Positions 25,536 to 34,012 of a stretch of DNA of 55,706 nt are shown piece by piece. The position numbers were made by a program, and so were the translations under genes. The stretch is from Betaproteobacteria bacterium (GTDB lineage Bacteria > Pseudomonadota > Gammaproteobacteria > Burkholderiales > UBA3065), in NCBI GenBank assembly GCA_009927815.1, contig RFMI01000032.1, forward strand, positions 1 to 55,706, read 5' to 3'. The stretch's first letter is position 1. Every line of letters starts with the position of its first letter. The notes under the pieces were generated by a model that was given only the letters and a program-made list of their open reading frames with translations, was not told where the DNA came from and did not search any database.

Positions 25536-27196
25536 ATGCAAGAGCATCGCGTCCTCGCCCGCAAATGGCGTCCAACCTCGTTCGCTGATGTGGTCGGTCA
25601 GGGCCATGTGTTGCAGGCCCTGCGGCATGCCCTGAGCAGTGGGCGACTTCACCATGCGTACCTGTTCACTGGCACACGCGGGGTCGGCAAGACCACGCTG
25701 GCGCGGGTTCTGGCGCGCGCACTCAACTGCGAGACGGGCGTTACGGCCGATCCCTGTGGGGTGTGCGGCGCATGTCAAGCGATCGACCAAGGGCGCTTTG
25801 TCGATCTGATCGAGCTGGACGCGGCCTCCAATACGCAGGTCGACCGGATGCGTGAGTTGCTCGAGAACGCCACTTACGCGCCGGCGGTCGGGCGCTTCAA
25901 GGTGTACGTCATCGATGAGGTGCACCAACTTTCGGGATCGGCGTTCAATGCGATGCTGAAAACGCTCGAAGAGCCGCCAGAGCACGTCAAGTTCGTGCTC
26001 GCGACCACCGACCCGCACAAGATTCCGGTCACGGTACTCAGCCGCTGCATGCAGTTCGGCCTGAAACCGATCGCGGTACCCACAATCTCTGCGCGCATGA
26101 GCCATATCTTGCGGGAAGAGGGCATCACCGCCGAGCCGGCCGCCCTCGACCTCCTGGCCCGAGCGGCGCGCGGCAGCCTTCGCGATGGTCTGTCGCTGCT
26201 GGACCAGGCCATCGCCTTTGGCGGTGGTCAGGTGTCGGCGGGGCCAGTCGCGGCGATGCTCGGGGTGGCCGACACCGATGCGCTGATGGCCGTGCTCGAC
26301 GCAGTCAGTCGGGGAGACCCCTGCCGCTGCGCTGACTGCTGCCGACGCGGTGGTGGACCGTGGCGTGTCGCTCGATGGGGCGCTGCAAGAGCTGGCGCGG
26401 CTGATCAAGCAGGCGGCGCTGCTCAAGGCGCTACCGAGCGGCGACGAGCCTGTTCCCCAGGGGCTGCCCGAATTGGCCGAGCGATGGTCTGCGGCCGATT
26501 TGCAGGTGCTCTACCAGATCGCTGTGCACAGTCGCGCCGACCTCGACTGGGCACCCGACCCCGAGGCGGGTTTCGTGATGGCGGTGCTGCGGATGCTCGC
26601 ACTGGCCGGACCGGCGGGCGATGCCTTGCAGGCCGGCGGCACAGTGACCCGCGCATCGGCACTCCCCACCGCCCGCCTCGTCGGCGCGCGCCTTGGCGTC
26701 GCTGAGCGCATCGCAGCCTGTCGCTGACCTTGCGCCGGTGGTTGTTGACGTCGTCGATTCGCCGCTGCCCCGTGCGGATGCACTTGCGTTCGACGGCGAT
26801 TGGCCAGCCTTGCTTGCGCGCCTCAAATTGGGCGGCCGGGTTCGTTTGTTGGCAGACCGCTGCGTGTTGTTGACGAGCGACAACGCTCATTTGCGGCTAG
26901 GTCTGGCGGCCAATCACCGCCATCTGCTGGACGATGAGGCACAGCAGCGGCTCCGCCGCGAGGTCCAGTCGGCCTTGGGCGAGCAGTGGTCGGTCGGCAT
27001 CGAGGTCAGCGAGCACATGGTGGCGGCTACAACGCCCATGCAACAGCGCGAGTCGGCCCGACAGGAGCGTCAGGCGCAAGCACTCGAATCAATCCACGGC
27101 GACCCGTTCGTGCGTGGACTGGTTGAACAGATGGGCGGTGTGCTGGTGGACGCCAGTGTCCGGCCTTTGAAGGATTCTTCGCAAACCCAACAGTGA
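25536..27196 (+). CDS. dnaX: DNA polymerase III subunit gamma/tau (two +1 frame breaks, probably sequencing errors)
   Basis: [30 protein letters not shown]; domain III continues in the 26350-26727 frame ([20 protein letters not shown]) and the C-terminus in the 26693-27196 frame (IHGDPFV). Confidence 0.9.
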
Positions 27197-27197
27197 G

Positions 27198-27539
27198 GTG
27201 CTTGACGTGATGAAGGGCGGATTGGCCGGGCTGATGAAGCAGGCGCAGCAGATGCAAGAGAAAATGAACCGCGCACAGGAGGAACTCGGCGCGATCGAGG
27301 TTGAGGGCAAGGCGGGCAATGGCGCGGTCTGTGTGGTGATGAGCTGTCGCCATGAGGTGCGCCGGGTACGCATCGATCCGTCCTTGATGGGCGACGCCGA
27401 TGACCGTGAGATGCTAGAAGACCTCATCGTGACCGCCTGCAACGACGCGCTCAAGCAAGTCGAGGCCACCACGCAAGCCAAGATGTCCGGGTTGACCGCT
27501 GGCTTGCCCTTGCCCCCCGGCATGAAGTTGCCGTTCTAA
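27198..27539 (+). CDS. ybaB: YbaB/EbfC nucleoid-associated protein
   Basis: [31 protein letters not shown]; between dnaX and recR (start may be 27207 or 27210). Confidence 0.93.
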   Translation: MLDVMKGGLAGLMKQAQQMQEKMNRAQEELGAIEVEGKAGNGAVCVVMSCRHEVRRVRIDPSLMGDADDREMLEDLIVTACNDALKQVEATTQAKMSGLTAGLPLPPGMKLPF

Positions 27540-27558
27540 GCGGCGGCAGTCTCGGGAC

Positions 27559-28155
27559 GTGGACGCTCCTTCGGCCTTGGGTGCTTTGATCGACGCGCTG
27601 CGTTGCCTGCCAGGCGTCGGGCCGAAGTCGGCGCAACGGATGGCGTATCACTTGCTGCAGCGAGATCCGACCGGGGCCGACCGCTTGGCTGCTGCCATCG
27701 GCCACGCCCGTGAGCACATCGGCCATTGTCAGCTCTGCAACACCTTTACCGAGGACGACCTGTGCGGCTTGTGCGCCAACCCCGGCCGTGACCGCAGTCA
27801 ACTGGCGGTGGTCGAGACGCCCGCCGATCTGTTGCGTCTGGAGCAGACTCACACCTACCGCGGCCTCTATTTCGTGTTGTTGGGCAAGCTGTCGCCGCTC
27901 GACGGCGTCGGGCCGCGACAGCTGGCGCTCGATTCGCTGAAGCGCCGCGTGATCGACAGCGAGGTGCGGGAGGTCATCCTGGCGACCGGCTTTACGGTGG
28001 AAGGCGAGGCGACATCCCAGTACATTGGGGCTTGGCTGGCAGACCGCGGCGTTCGGCTGACCCGTATCGCCCGTGGCTTACCGGTGGGCGGCGAGCTCGA
28101 GTTCGTCGACAGCGGCACGCTGGCGCAGGCGCTGCTTGATCGGCGGGACATTTAA
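27559..28155 (+). CDS. recR: Recombination mediator RecR
   Basis: [13 protein letters not shown] HhH, CQLC..CGLC zinc finger, Toprim domain, [13 protein letters not shown]. Confidence 0.95.
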   Translation: MDAPSALGALIDALRCLPGVGPKSAQRMAYHLLQRDPTGADRLAAAIGHAREHIGHCQLCNTFTEDDLCGLCANPGRDRSQLAVVETPADLLRLEQTHTYRGLYFVLLGKLSPLDGVGPRQLALDSLKRRVIDSEVREVILATGFTVEGEATSQYIGAWLADRGVRLTRIARGLPVGGELEFVDSGTLAQALLDRRDI

Positions 28156-28188
28156 ACGCGGGCGCGGCCCGCACAGAGGAGATTGCGG

Positions 28189-28812
28189 ATGCGCAGCATT
28201 TTGGTGGTGAATCCCAAGGGCGGTGCCGGCAAGACCACCTTGTCGACCAACGTTGCCGGCTATCTGGCTCGCGAGGGCGAGCGAGTGGTCATCGGCGACC
28301 TCGATCGTCAGCAGTCGGCGATGGCCTGGCTGGATTTTCGCGCCGAACATTTGCCGCACATCAGTGGCTTCGATGCCCGCGACGGTTGGGACAAAGGTCG
28401 CCCCAAGGGCTCGACCGCGTTGGTCATCGATGCGCCGGCGGGGATTCATGGCAAAGGCTTGAGCGAGGCGCTGAAGCAGGCTGACAAGGTTCTGGTGCCG
28501 GTACAGCCGTCGCTGTTCGACATGGCTGCAACGGAGGAATTTTTGCGCTTGGTGGTCGAGGAGAAGGCTGTGCGTAAGCAAAAGACCTTCGTTGCGCTGG
28601 TTGCGATGCGAGTCGACCCGCGCACGCGCACCGCCGCCATGTTGGAGCGGTTCCTCTCACACTTCGAGTTGCCGGTGCTCACCTATCTGCGCGATACGCA
28701 GATCTATCCAGCGGCGGCGGCAGAGGGAAAAACGCTGTTCGATCTCGCGCCCAGTCGCACCCGACGCGAGCTTGAGAACTGGCAGCCCTTAGTCGATTGG
28801 ATTCGGGCCTGA
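28189..28812 (+). CDS. ParA-family ATPase (orphan)
   Basis: Deviant Walker A NPKGGAGKTT, DLDRQQS, VIDAPAG, VPVQPSLFD. Confidence 0.85.
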   Translation: MRSILVVNPKGGAGKTTLSTNVAGYLAREGERVVIGDLDRQQSAMAWLDFRAEHLPHISGFDARDGWDKGRPKGSTALVIDAPAGIHGKGLSEALKQADKVLVPVQPSLFDMAATEEFLRLVVEEKAVRKQKTFVALVAMRVDPRTRTAAMLERFLSHFELPVLTYLRDTQIYPAAAAEGKTLFDLAPSRTRRELENWQPLVDWIRA

Positions 28813-28815
28813 GGC

Positions 28816-28938
28816 TTAGTGATGGCGCTCGCTGATGATGCGGCGCAGGCGCGCTGCTTCACACTCGAAGTGGACCCACAACACCAGTCCGTTGAACGCC
28901 GCGATGCTGCAGATGAAAAAAAGGGTGTGGCTGGTCAT
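28816..28938 (-). CDS. Small putative membrane protein (40 aa)
   Basis: ATG..TAA reads MTSHTLFFICSIAAFNGLVLWVHFECEAARLRRIISERHH; GGAGAG RBS just upstream; one hydrophobic helix; below the ORF-track cutoff. Confidence 0.5.
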   Translation of the reverse strand: MTSHTLFFICSIAAFNGLVLWVHFECEAARLRRIISERHH

Positions 28939-29054
28939 GCCGGTCTCTCCAAGGATTTGTCCTAGACAATAGGCGAGTCGACCGCAGTTGTCGATAGCCT
29001 GGCCTCCAGGTCTGGAGTTCTTCGGTCGAATCAGATAGACTCTCGAATCTCAGA

Positions 29055-29130
29055 CGCGGGGTGGAGCAGTTGGCAGCTCGTCGGGCTCATAACCCGAAGG
29101 TCGCAGGTTCAAGTCCTGCCCCCGCAACCA
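29055..29130 (+). tRNA. tRNA-fMet (CAT), initiator
   Basis: CGCGGGG...GGGCTCATAACCC...GGTTCAAGTCC...CCCGCAACCA; C1:A72 mismatch, three G-C pairs in the anticodon stem, encoded CCA. Confidence 0.97.
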
Positions 29131-29135
29131 ACAGC

Positions 29136-29171
29136 AGCCCGTTGATCATCGATCAGCGGGCTTTTTGTTTT
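29136..29171 (+). terminator. Intrinsic terminator after tRNA
   Basis: AGCCCGTTGATC-ATC-GATCAGCGGGCT hairpin followed by TTTTGTTTT. Confidence 0.8.
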
Positions 29172-29287
29172 GGGGTGGGGCGGGTTGAAAACACCGCGAC
29201 TGCTGGTAGTGTAGGAGCTGGTTGGCTCTATGGCCGGTCCGCCCCGGGTAAGCATCGGCGGAGGGCCCACATTGTCAGGGGGGTGTT

Positions 29288-29530
29288 ATGGGTTCGTTCA
29301 GTATCTGGCACTGGCTCGTCGTTCTTCTGCTCGTCGTACTTGTGTTCGGCACCAAGAAGCTCAAGGGTGTGGGAACCGACCTCGGCGAAGCGGTGAAGGG
29401 CTTCAAGAAGGGCGTCCGCGAGGGAGAGCCTGAGCAAACGTCAACTGACGATGCGTCGGTCAAACGTATCGGCGGCGCTGATGCCCAGTCCGCCCCGAGC
29501 GGCTCCCGCCAGCACCCACCGCCGGCCTGA
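29288..29530 (+). CDS. tatA: Twin-arginine translocase subunit TatA
   Basis: [38 protein letters not shown]. Confidence 0.95.
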   Translation: MGSFSIWHWLVVLLLVVLVFGTKKLKGVGTDLGEAVKGFKKGVREGEPEQTSTDDASVKRIGGADAQSAPSGSRQHPPPA

Positions 29531-29532
29531 CC

Positions 29533-30000
29533 ATGTTCGACATCGGTTTCGGCGAACTCGTCGTGATCGGCGTGGTTGCGCTGCTGGTGCTCGGCCCCGA
29601 GCGCTTACCGCGGGTGGCGCGCGACGTCGGGCGGTGGATCGGTCGCGCCCGCCGGTACGTTGAGCGGATGCGCGAGGAGATCGATCGCGAGGTCGAGCTG
29701 ACCGAGTTGCAGCGACTGCGTGACGAGATCGAGACCAAGGTTCGCGCGGCGGCCGAGAGTGTCGACGAGGCCGCTGGGGCAGTCCGACTCAGCCTCGATG
29801 ATGTCGCTCAACCCCGCCCAGAGGCAACGGCCGTTGCTGCCGTCGAGCCAAAACCCCACGAAACCCCATCCAGCAAGCCGGCCAGGACGCGGGCCCGCAC
29901 CCGCAAGCCCGCGGCCACCGGTGATGGGGCTCAAACGGGCGGGGTGTCCGCCCCGTCTGCGCCGGCTCGACGTCGGCGTACTCCAGCCAAGCTCGACTGA
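29533..30000 (+). CDS. tatB: Twin-arginine translocase subunit TatB
   Basis: MFDIGFGELVVIGVVALLVLGPERLP..AR. Confidence 0.95.
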   Translation: MFDIGFGELVVIGVVALLVLGPERLPRVARDVGRWIGRARRYVERMREEIDREVELTELQRLRDEIETKVRAAAESVDEAAGAVRLSLDDVAQPRPEATAVAAVEPKPHETPSSKPARTRARTRKPAATGDGAQTGGVSAPSAPARRRRTPAKLD

Positions 30001-30208
30001 GCCCCGGCGCACCTTCGGTGCACCCAATACCCTAGACGATTTCAAAAATCTTTTAGATTTAATCTCTTATAGACAATATGAAATTCATGCCCTATTTTTG
30101 ATCGTGCTGCGGAATTGGCTGGCGGATAGACACCCTAAAACAACCCGATGCCGTTCTATACACACGTGGCGCACTGGCTGCACAACGACAAAAAACGGAG
30201 GAGGAGTT

Positions 30209-31219
30209 ATGGATCACAAGAAGGATAGACGCGAGTTCCTTCAGCTCACCGGCAAAGCCGGATTGTCGACTATCGTCGGCAGCGCTGCAGGCATCAACCT
30301 TGGGGTGTTCGATCTGGCGCACGCACAACCGGGCAATAAAGTTGCCCCGTTCCGCTTCGCCATGATCACCGATTCGCACCTTTTCAGCGGCGACGACCAC
30401 AAGTTCGACCGCCAGCTCGAAGACGCTGTCGAGCAGGTCAACAGCATGGAAATCAAGCCTGATTTCGTGCTGTACGGCGGCGACATTGCCCAGAACGGCA
30501 CCGAGGATCAACTCGTCAAGGGCCGCAAGTTGCTCTCCAAGCTCGACACCAAACTGGTGTTGATTCCCGGCGAGCACGACTGGTATGTCGATATGGGCGC
30601 GGCTTGGAAAGGCATGTTCGGTCAGGACCACTGGTCGTTCGACCACAAGGGCGTGCACTTCATCGGCATGAATTCGATTTTGGTGAAGGATTTCTGGACC
30701 GCCAAACAGATGTCCCCGCGTGAGCGGATGGCCGCCATGGAGATGCTCGAGGGACCGATCGGCGGCCTCTGGGGCGTCGGTGAGAAGCAACTCGAGTGGC
30801 TCAAGAAAGACGTCGCGAAGCTGTCTCCGGACACGCCCATCGTCACCTTCACTCACTCGCCGCTGTGGGACTACTACCCGCGCTGGAACTTCCAGACTGT
30901 CGATGGGCCGCAGATCCGCGAGATTCTCTCCAAGTTCGAGAACTTCACGTCGATCCACGGCCACGTGCACCAGACGGTCTACAACAAGGTCGGCAACATG
31001 ACTTCGATCGGCGCGATGAGCACGTCGTGGCCGTGGCCGTACCCGCCGGTCACGTTGGCGTATCCGGGTTCGCAAATGAACCGTCACGATCCGGGCAACG
31101 AAGTCGATGGCATGGGCACCCTGGCGGTGAGCGTCAAGGCCGGTGGCCAGAAGCTCGCCGAGTACCAGCCTTTCGGCGATTCGCTAACCCCGTACCTTAA
31201 AAAGGGCCTCAAGGCCTAA
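30209..31219 (+). CDS. Tat-exported metallophosphoesterase (calcineurin-like, Icc/CpdA-related)
   Basis: RBS GGAGGAG; Tat motif DRREFLQ; metal motifs DSH, GGD, PGEHD, TH, HGHVH. Confidence 0.88.
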   Translation: MDHKKDRREFLQLTGKAGLSTIVGSAAGINLGVFDLAHAQPGNKVAPFRFAMITDSHLFSGDDHKFDRQLEDAVEQVNSMEIKPDFVLYGGDIAQNGTEDQLVKGRKLLSKLDTKLVLIPGEHDWYVDMGAAWKGMFGQDHWSFDHKGVHFIGMNSILVKDFWTAKQMSPRERMAAMEMLEGPIGGLWGVGEKQLEWLKKDVAKLSPDTPIVTFTHSPLWDYYPRWNFQTVDGPQIREILSKFENFTSIHGHVHQTVYNKVGNMTSIGAMSTSWPWPYPPVTLAYPGSQMNRHDPGNEVDGMGTLAVSVKAGGQKLAEYQPFGDSLTPYLKKGLKA

Positions 31220-31232
31220 TCGGGAGACAGAT

Positions 31233-31742
31233 ATGAAAGCGACATTCAAGCCTACGCTCGCCATCGCCGTCCCCCTGTTTGTTCTCACCGCTTTGGCGTC
31301 TGGAAGCGCCTCGGCGCGTGAGCCATTCAGCAAGGAGGAATTGGACAAGCAGCAAGCCAAGTTGCTCGAGCTGGTGGAGCAGGGCTACAACCTCTGGCAC
31401 GGTAGCAACCCCGAGATGTCTGGCAACGGTCTGGCTTGCGGAAATTGCCACCCGGATGCCGGCGCCTCTAACCCGCAGACCTTCCCCAAGTACATCCAAA
31501 ACATGAACCGGGTTGTGCAGTGGGGCGAAATGGTCAACTGGTGTATCCAGAATCCGCAAGCGGGTAAAGCACTGGCGCTCGAAAGTGAGGACATGACGGC
31601 GATGTATGCCTACGCCATGAACCTTCACCGCGGCTTGCCGATCCAGCCGGGACTGGCTTCACTGCAGACCAAGCCGGTTCCTGTTAAGTACGGCAAGGGT
31701 TTCCCGTCGAAGCCGTCCGGCATTGGTTTTGACACCAAGTAA
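31233..31742 (+). CDS. Monoheme c-type cytochrome, SoxA/TsdA-like
   Basis: Signal peptide; GNGLACGNCH heme motif; downstream FPKY and MVNWCIQNP with a conserved-looking extra Cys. Confidence 0.75.
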   Translation: MKATFKPTLAIAVPLFVLTALASGSASAREPFSKEELDKQQAKLLELVEQGYNLWHGSNPEMSGNGLACGNCHPDAGASNPQTFPKYIQNMNRVVQWGEMVNWCIQNPQAGKALALESEDMTAMYAYAMNLHRGLPIQPGLASLQTKPVPVKYGKGFPSKPSGIGFDTK

Positions 31743-32325
31743 GTCGGTGTGGCTGCCAGTTGTTATGGCAGCCATGTTGCCGGCTGTCGCAGTACACGCG
31801 CAGTCCTGCGTCGACCAGTTCGTCCCGAATTCGTCGATGCAGGATTTCGCAGACCACGGCGACGGCACCCTGACCGACCGGCGAACGGGGCTCACCTGGT
31901 CGCGATGTTCGGCCGGACAGTCTTGGCAGAGCGGGTCTTGCGTTGATAAGGCCGCCGAATTCGATTGGACGGCCGCCGAGTCGTATGTGCGCGAGGTCAA
32001 CGAGCGGGGTGATCTGTTTTACGCCGATTGGCGTTTGCCGAATCTGCGTGAGCTGGCAACCATCAGTGAAGTGAACTGCCAGGATCCCCGCATCAACCTC
32101 GAGGCGTTCCCGGGTACGGCTCAAGGATTTTATTGGACGGCGTCCCGAAAGCTGATCGAAGGCCCGGAACTCGCTGCGTTTGCGATGAGTTTTGGTGCTG
32201 AGGGGATGCGCGTCAGTCGTTCGGTCGAGACCCACCACGTGCGACTGGTTCGTCGTAGCGACCATGCGCTGTCGGACTCAGGAGCACAGTTTCAGATTCT
32301 TACATCCATCAGGAGCATTCGATGA
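31723..32325 (+). CDS. DUF1566 (Lcl C-terminal-like) secreted protein
   Basis: DGTLTDRRTGLTWSRC, DWRLPNLREL, FYWTAS, HVRLVR motifs; start uncertain. Confidence 0.8.
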   Translation: MVLTPSKSVWLPVVMAAMLPAVAVHAQSCVDQFVPNSSMQDFADHGDGTLTDRRTGLTWSRCSAGQSWQSGSCVDKAAEFDWTAAESYVREVNERGDLFYADWRLPNLRELATISEVNCQDPRINLEAFPGTAQGFYWTASRKLIEGPELAAFAMSFGAEGMRVSRSVETHHVRLVRRSDHALSDSGAQFQILTSIRSIR

Positions 32326-32639
32326 AGCAATCCCGCAGAACCTTCATGATCCGGGCAGTGGCCGGTGTCGCCGCAGCGACCGTGCTGCCGCAAGTCGCTC
32401 ACGCGACGACGGAAAAACTGTCCGAATCCGATCCCTATGCCAAGTCGATGGGCTTCAAGCTCAACCACGAGGAAGTTGATCCGGCCAAGTACAAGCGTTG
32501 GACAGCCGAGCAGCAGTGCAATAAGTGCCAACTCTGGGGTGGTAAGGCCGGAGATGAATACGGCGAGTGTTCGTTTTTTGAGCGCTACACACCCTCTGGT
32601 GGCTGGTGCAAGAATTTCAAGGCGGTCAAAAAAGCCTGA
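32322..32639 (+). CDS. High-potential iron-sulfur protein (HiPIP)
   Basis: Tat signal SRRTFM; LSESDPYAKSMGF; four Cys in CNKC..C..GWC pattern. Confidence 0.9.
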   Translation: MKQSRRTFMIRAVAGVAAATVLPQVAHATTEKLSESDPYAKSMGFKLNHEEVDPAKYKRWTAEQQCNKCQLWGGKAGDEYGECSFFERYTPSGGWCKNFKAVKKA

Positions 32640-32667
32640 CGCTTTTCAACGCGCTAAACGTTTCTCC

Positions 32668-32695
32668 CTGTGGGCCTCGATGTCGAGGCCCACAG
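32668..32695. terminator. Perfect inverted repeat after HiPIP (likely terminator)
   Basis: CTGTGGGCCTCGA-TG-TCGAGGCCCACAG, 13-bp arms; weak T tail. Confidence 0.6.
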
Positions 32696-32706
32696 TTCAT
32701 TCTGAA

Positions 32707-32750
32707 TGTCATTTTTTATAGACATTAATGATAGTCAGAGTAAAGTGACA
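32707..32750 (+). promoter_or_regulatory. Tandem PpsR boxes over the putative pufC promoter
   Basis: TGTC-N10-GACA at 32707-32724 (perfect TGT-N12-ACA) and AGTC-N10-GACA at 32733-32750, 8 bp apart; overlap TAGACA (32719-32724) and TAAAGT (32741-32746). Confidence 0.8.
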
Positions 32751-32849
32751 CTCATGGTCGGGCGGCGTCCGTCGTTCGAGGATGGGGTCAGGTGTCGTGT
32801 CCTCCGTTGTTTGCATTCGAATGGCGGCGCGGTGCTTGGGGGGGGTTCG

Positions 32850-33995
32850 ATGATGCGCATCTTTGCCGTCTTGGCCGCCGGCCTTGCAGGCGTGCTGTTC
32901 TTCGCTTTCATGATCACGGACTCGACGCAGGCAGTGCAGCGCGGTCATCGAGGTACAGGCATGGCGCTGATGTACAAGCCCGCAGCACTGGAAGCGCTCA
33001 AGCCTCTCAATGCCATCCCCGAAGCCGAAGACCCGGCCGACCCGCCGATCATCGGGCAGCCGACAATCACCGAGCGCTACAAGAACATCCAGGTTCTTAA
33101 AGATTTGAGCGTCAACGAACTCTCGCGGGTGATGGCTGGATTCGTGGCTTGGGTCGCGCCCGAAGAAGGCTGCGTCTATTGCCACAACACGCAGAACATG
33201 GCGTCGGATGAGAAGTACACCAAGGTCGTCGCGCGGCGCATGCTGCAGATGACTCGAACAATCAACAATGAGTGGACCCAGCATGTGGGTTCTACGGGCG
33301 TGACTTGCTGGACTTGCCACCGTGGCCAACACGTACCCAGCGGGGACTGGTTCTCTGCGGCGCCGCAGAAGGCGCGAATGCTGGGCAACCGCGACGGCCA
33401 GGACACGGCGGGCGTTGCGACCAATGGCAATACCTCTTTGCCGTACGACCCCCTGACCACCTACCTCACCACGCCCGATGCGAATGTTCGCGTTCAGGGC
33501 ACGCGGCCGCTGGCGGGTAGCAACCCAACCTCAGTGAAAAAGGCTGAGCACACCTACGCGTTGATGATCTACATGGCGAAATCTTTGGGTGTGAACTGTG
33601 ATTATTGCCACAACACCCGGGCCCTCGCGCGATGGGAACAGAGTTCACCGCAGCGCGTCACGGCTTGGTATGGCTTGCGCATGGTGCGCAGCCTCAACAT
33701 CAACTACCTGGTTCCGCTAAAGCCCTTGTTCCCGGAATATCGGTTGAGCCCCGAGGGTGATGGCCCTAAGGTTGCCTGTGCGACGTGCCACAAGGGCACC
33801 TACAAACCACTGTACGGGGTCAGCATGAAGGCTGACTGGCCGGAGTTCTGGCGGCGCGGCGGTGTCGACACCAGCAATGAGGTCCGCACCCTCCCAGTCA
33901 ACCATCCTCGGCCCGATCCGCAGCTGGCCAAGGCGGGCTTGCCGGACTGGGAGACGGGTTACGCGCCTGAGCCAATCCCAGCCGAGGAAGACTGA
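32850..33995 (+). CDS. pufC: Photosynthetic reaction-centre tetraheme cytochrome c subunit (stand-alone)
   Basis: QRGHRGTGM, YKNIQVL, WVAPEEGCVYCH, YTKVVARRMLQMT, HVGSTGVTCWTCHRG, SLGVNCDYCHNTR, KVACATCHKG..KPLYG; ATG 32850. Confidence 0.93.
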   Translation: MMRIFAVLAAGLAGVLFFAFMITDSTQAVQRGHRGTGMALMYKPAALEALKPLNAIPEAEDPADPPIIGQPTITERYKNIQVLKDLSVNELSRVMAGFVAWVAPEEGCVYCHNTQNMASDEKYTKVVARRMLQMTRTINNEWTQHVGSTGVTCWTCHRGQHVPSGDWFSAAPQKARMLGNRDGQDTAGVATNGNTSLPYDPLTTYLTTPDANVRVQGTRPLAGSNPTSVKKAEHTYALMIYMAKSLGVNCDYCHNTRALARWEQSSPQRVTAWYGLRMVRSLNINYLVPLKPLFPEYRLSPEGDGPKVACATCHKGTYKPLYGVSMKADWPEFWRRGGVDTSNEVRTLPVNHPRPDPQLAKAGLPDWETGYAPEPIPAEED

Positions 33996-34012
33996 GGCTC
34001 TACCCCGAGGCG

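Noticed and set aside
29055-29130. tRNA as integration site of a mobile island
   Set aside because: No integrase or transposase in the window, and I saw no duplicated tRNA 3' end
29720-30208. Long N-terminal extension of the metallophosphoesterase
   Set aside because: Overlaps tatB and the AT-rich leader; a strong RBS and the Tat signal define ATG 30209
30209-31219. Calling the hydrolase SoxB
   Set aside because: Too short, no 5'-nucleotidase C-terminal domain, and no soxYZ/soxX in the window
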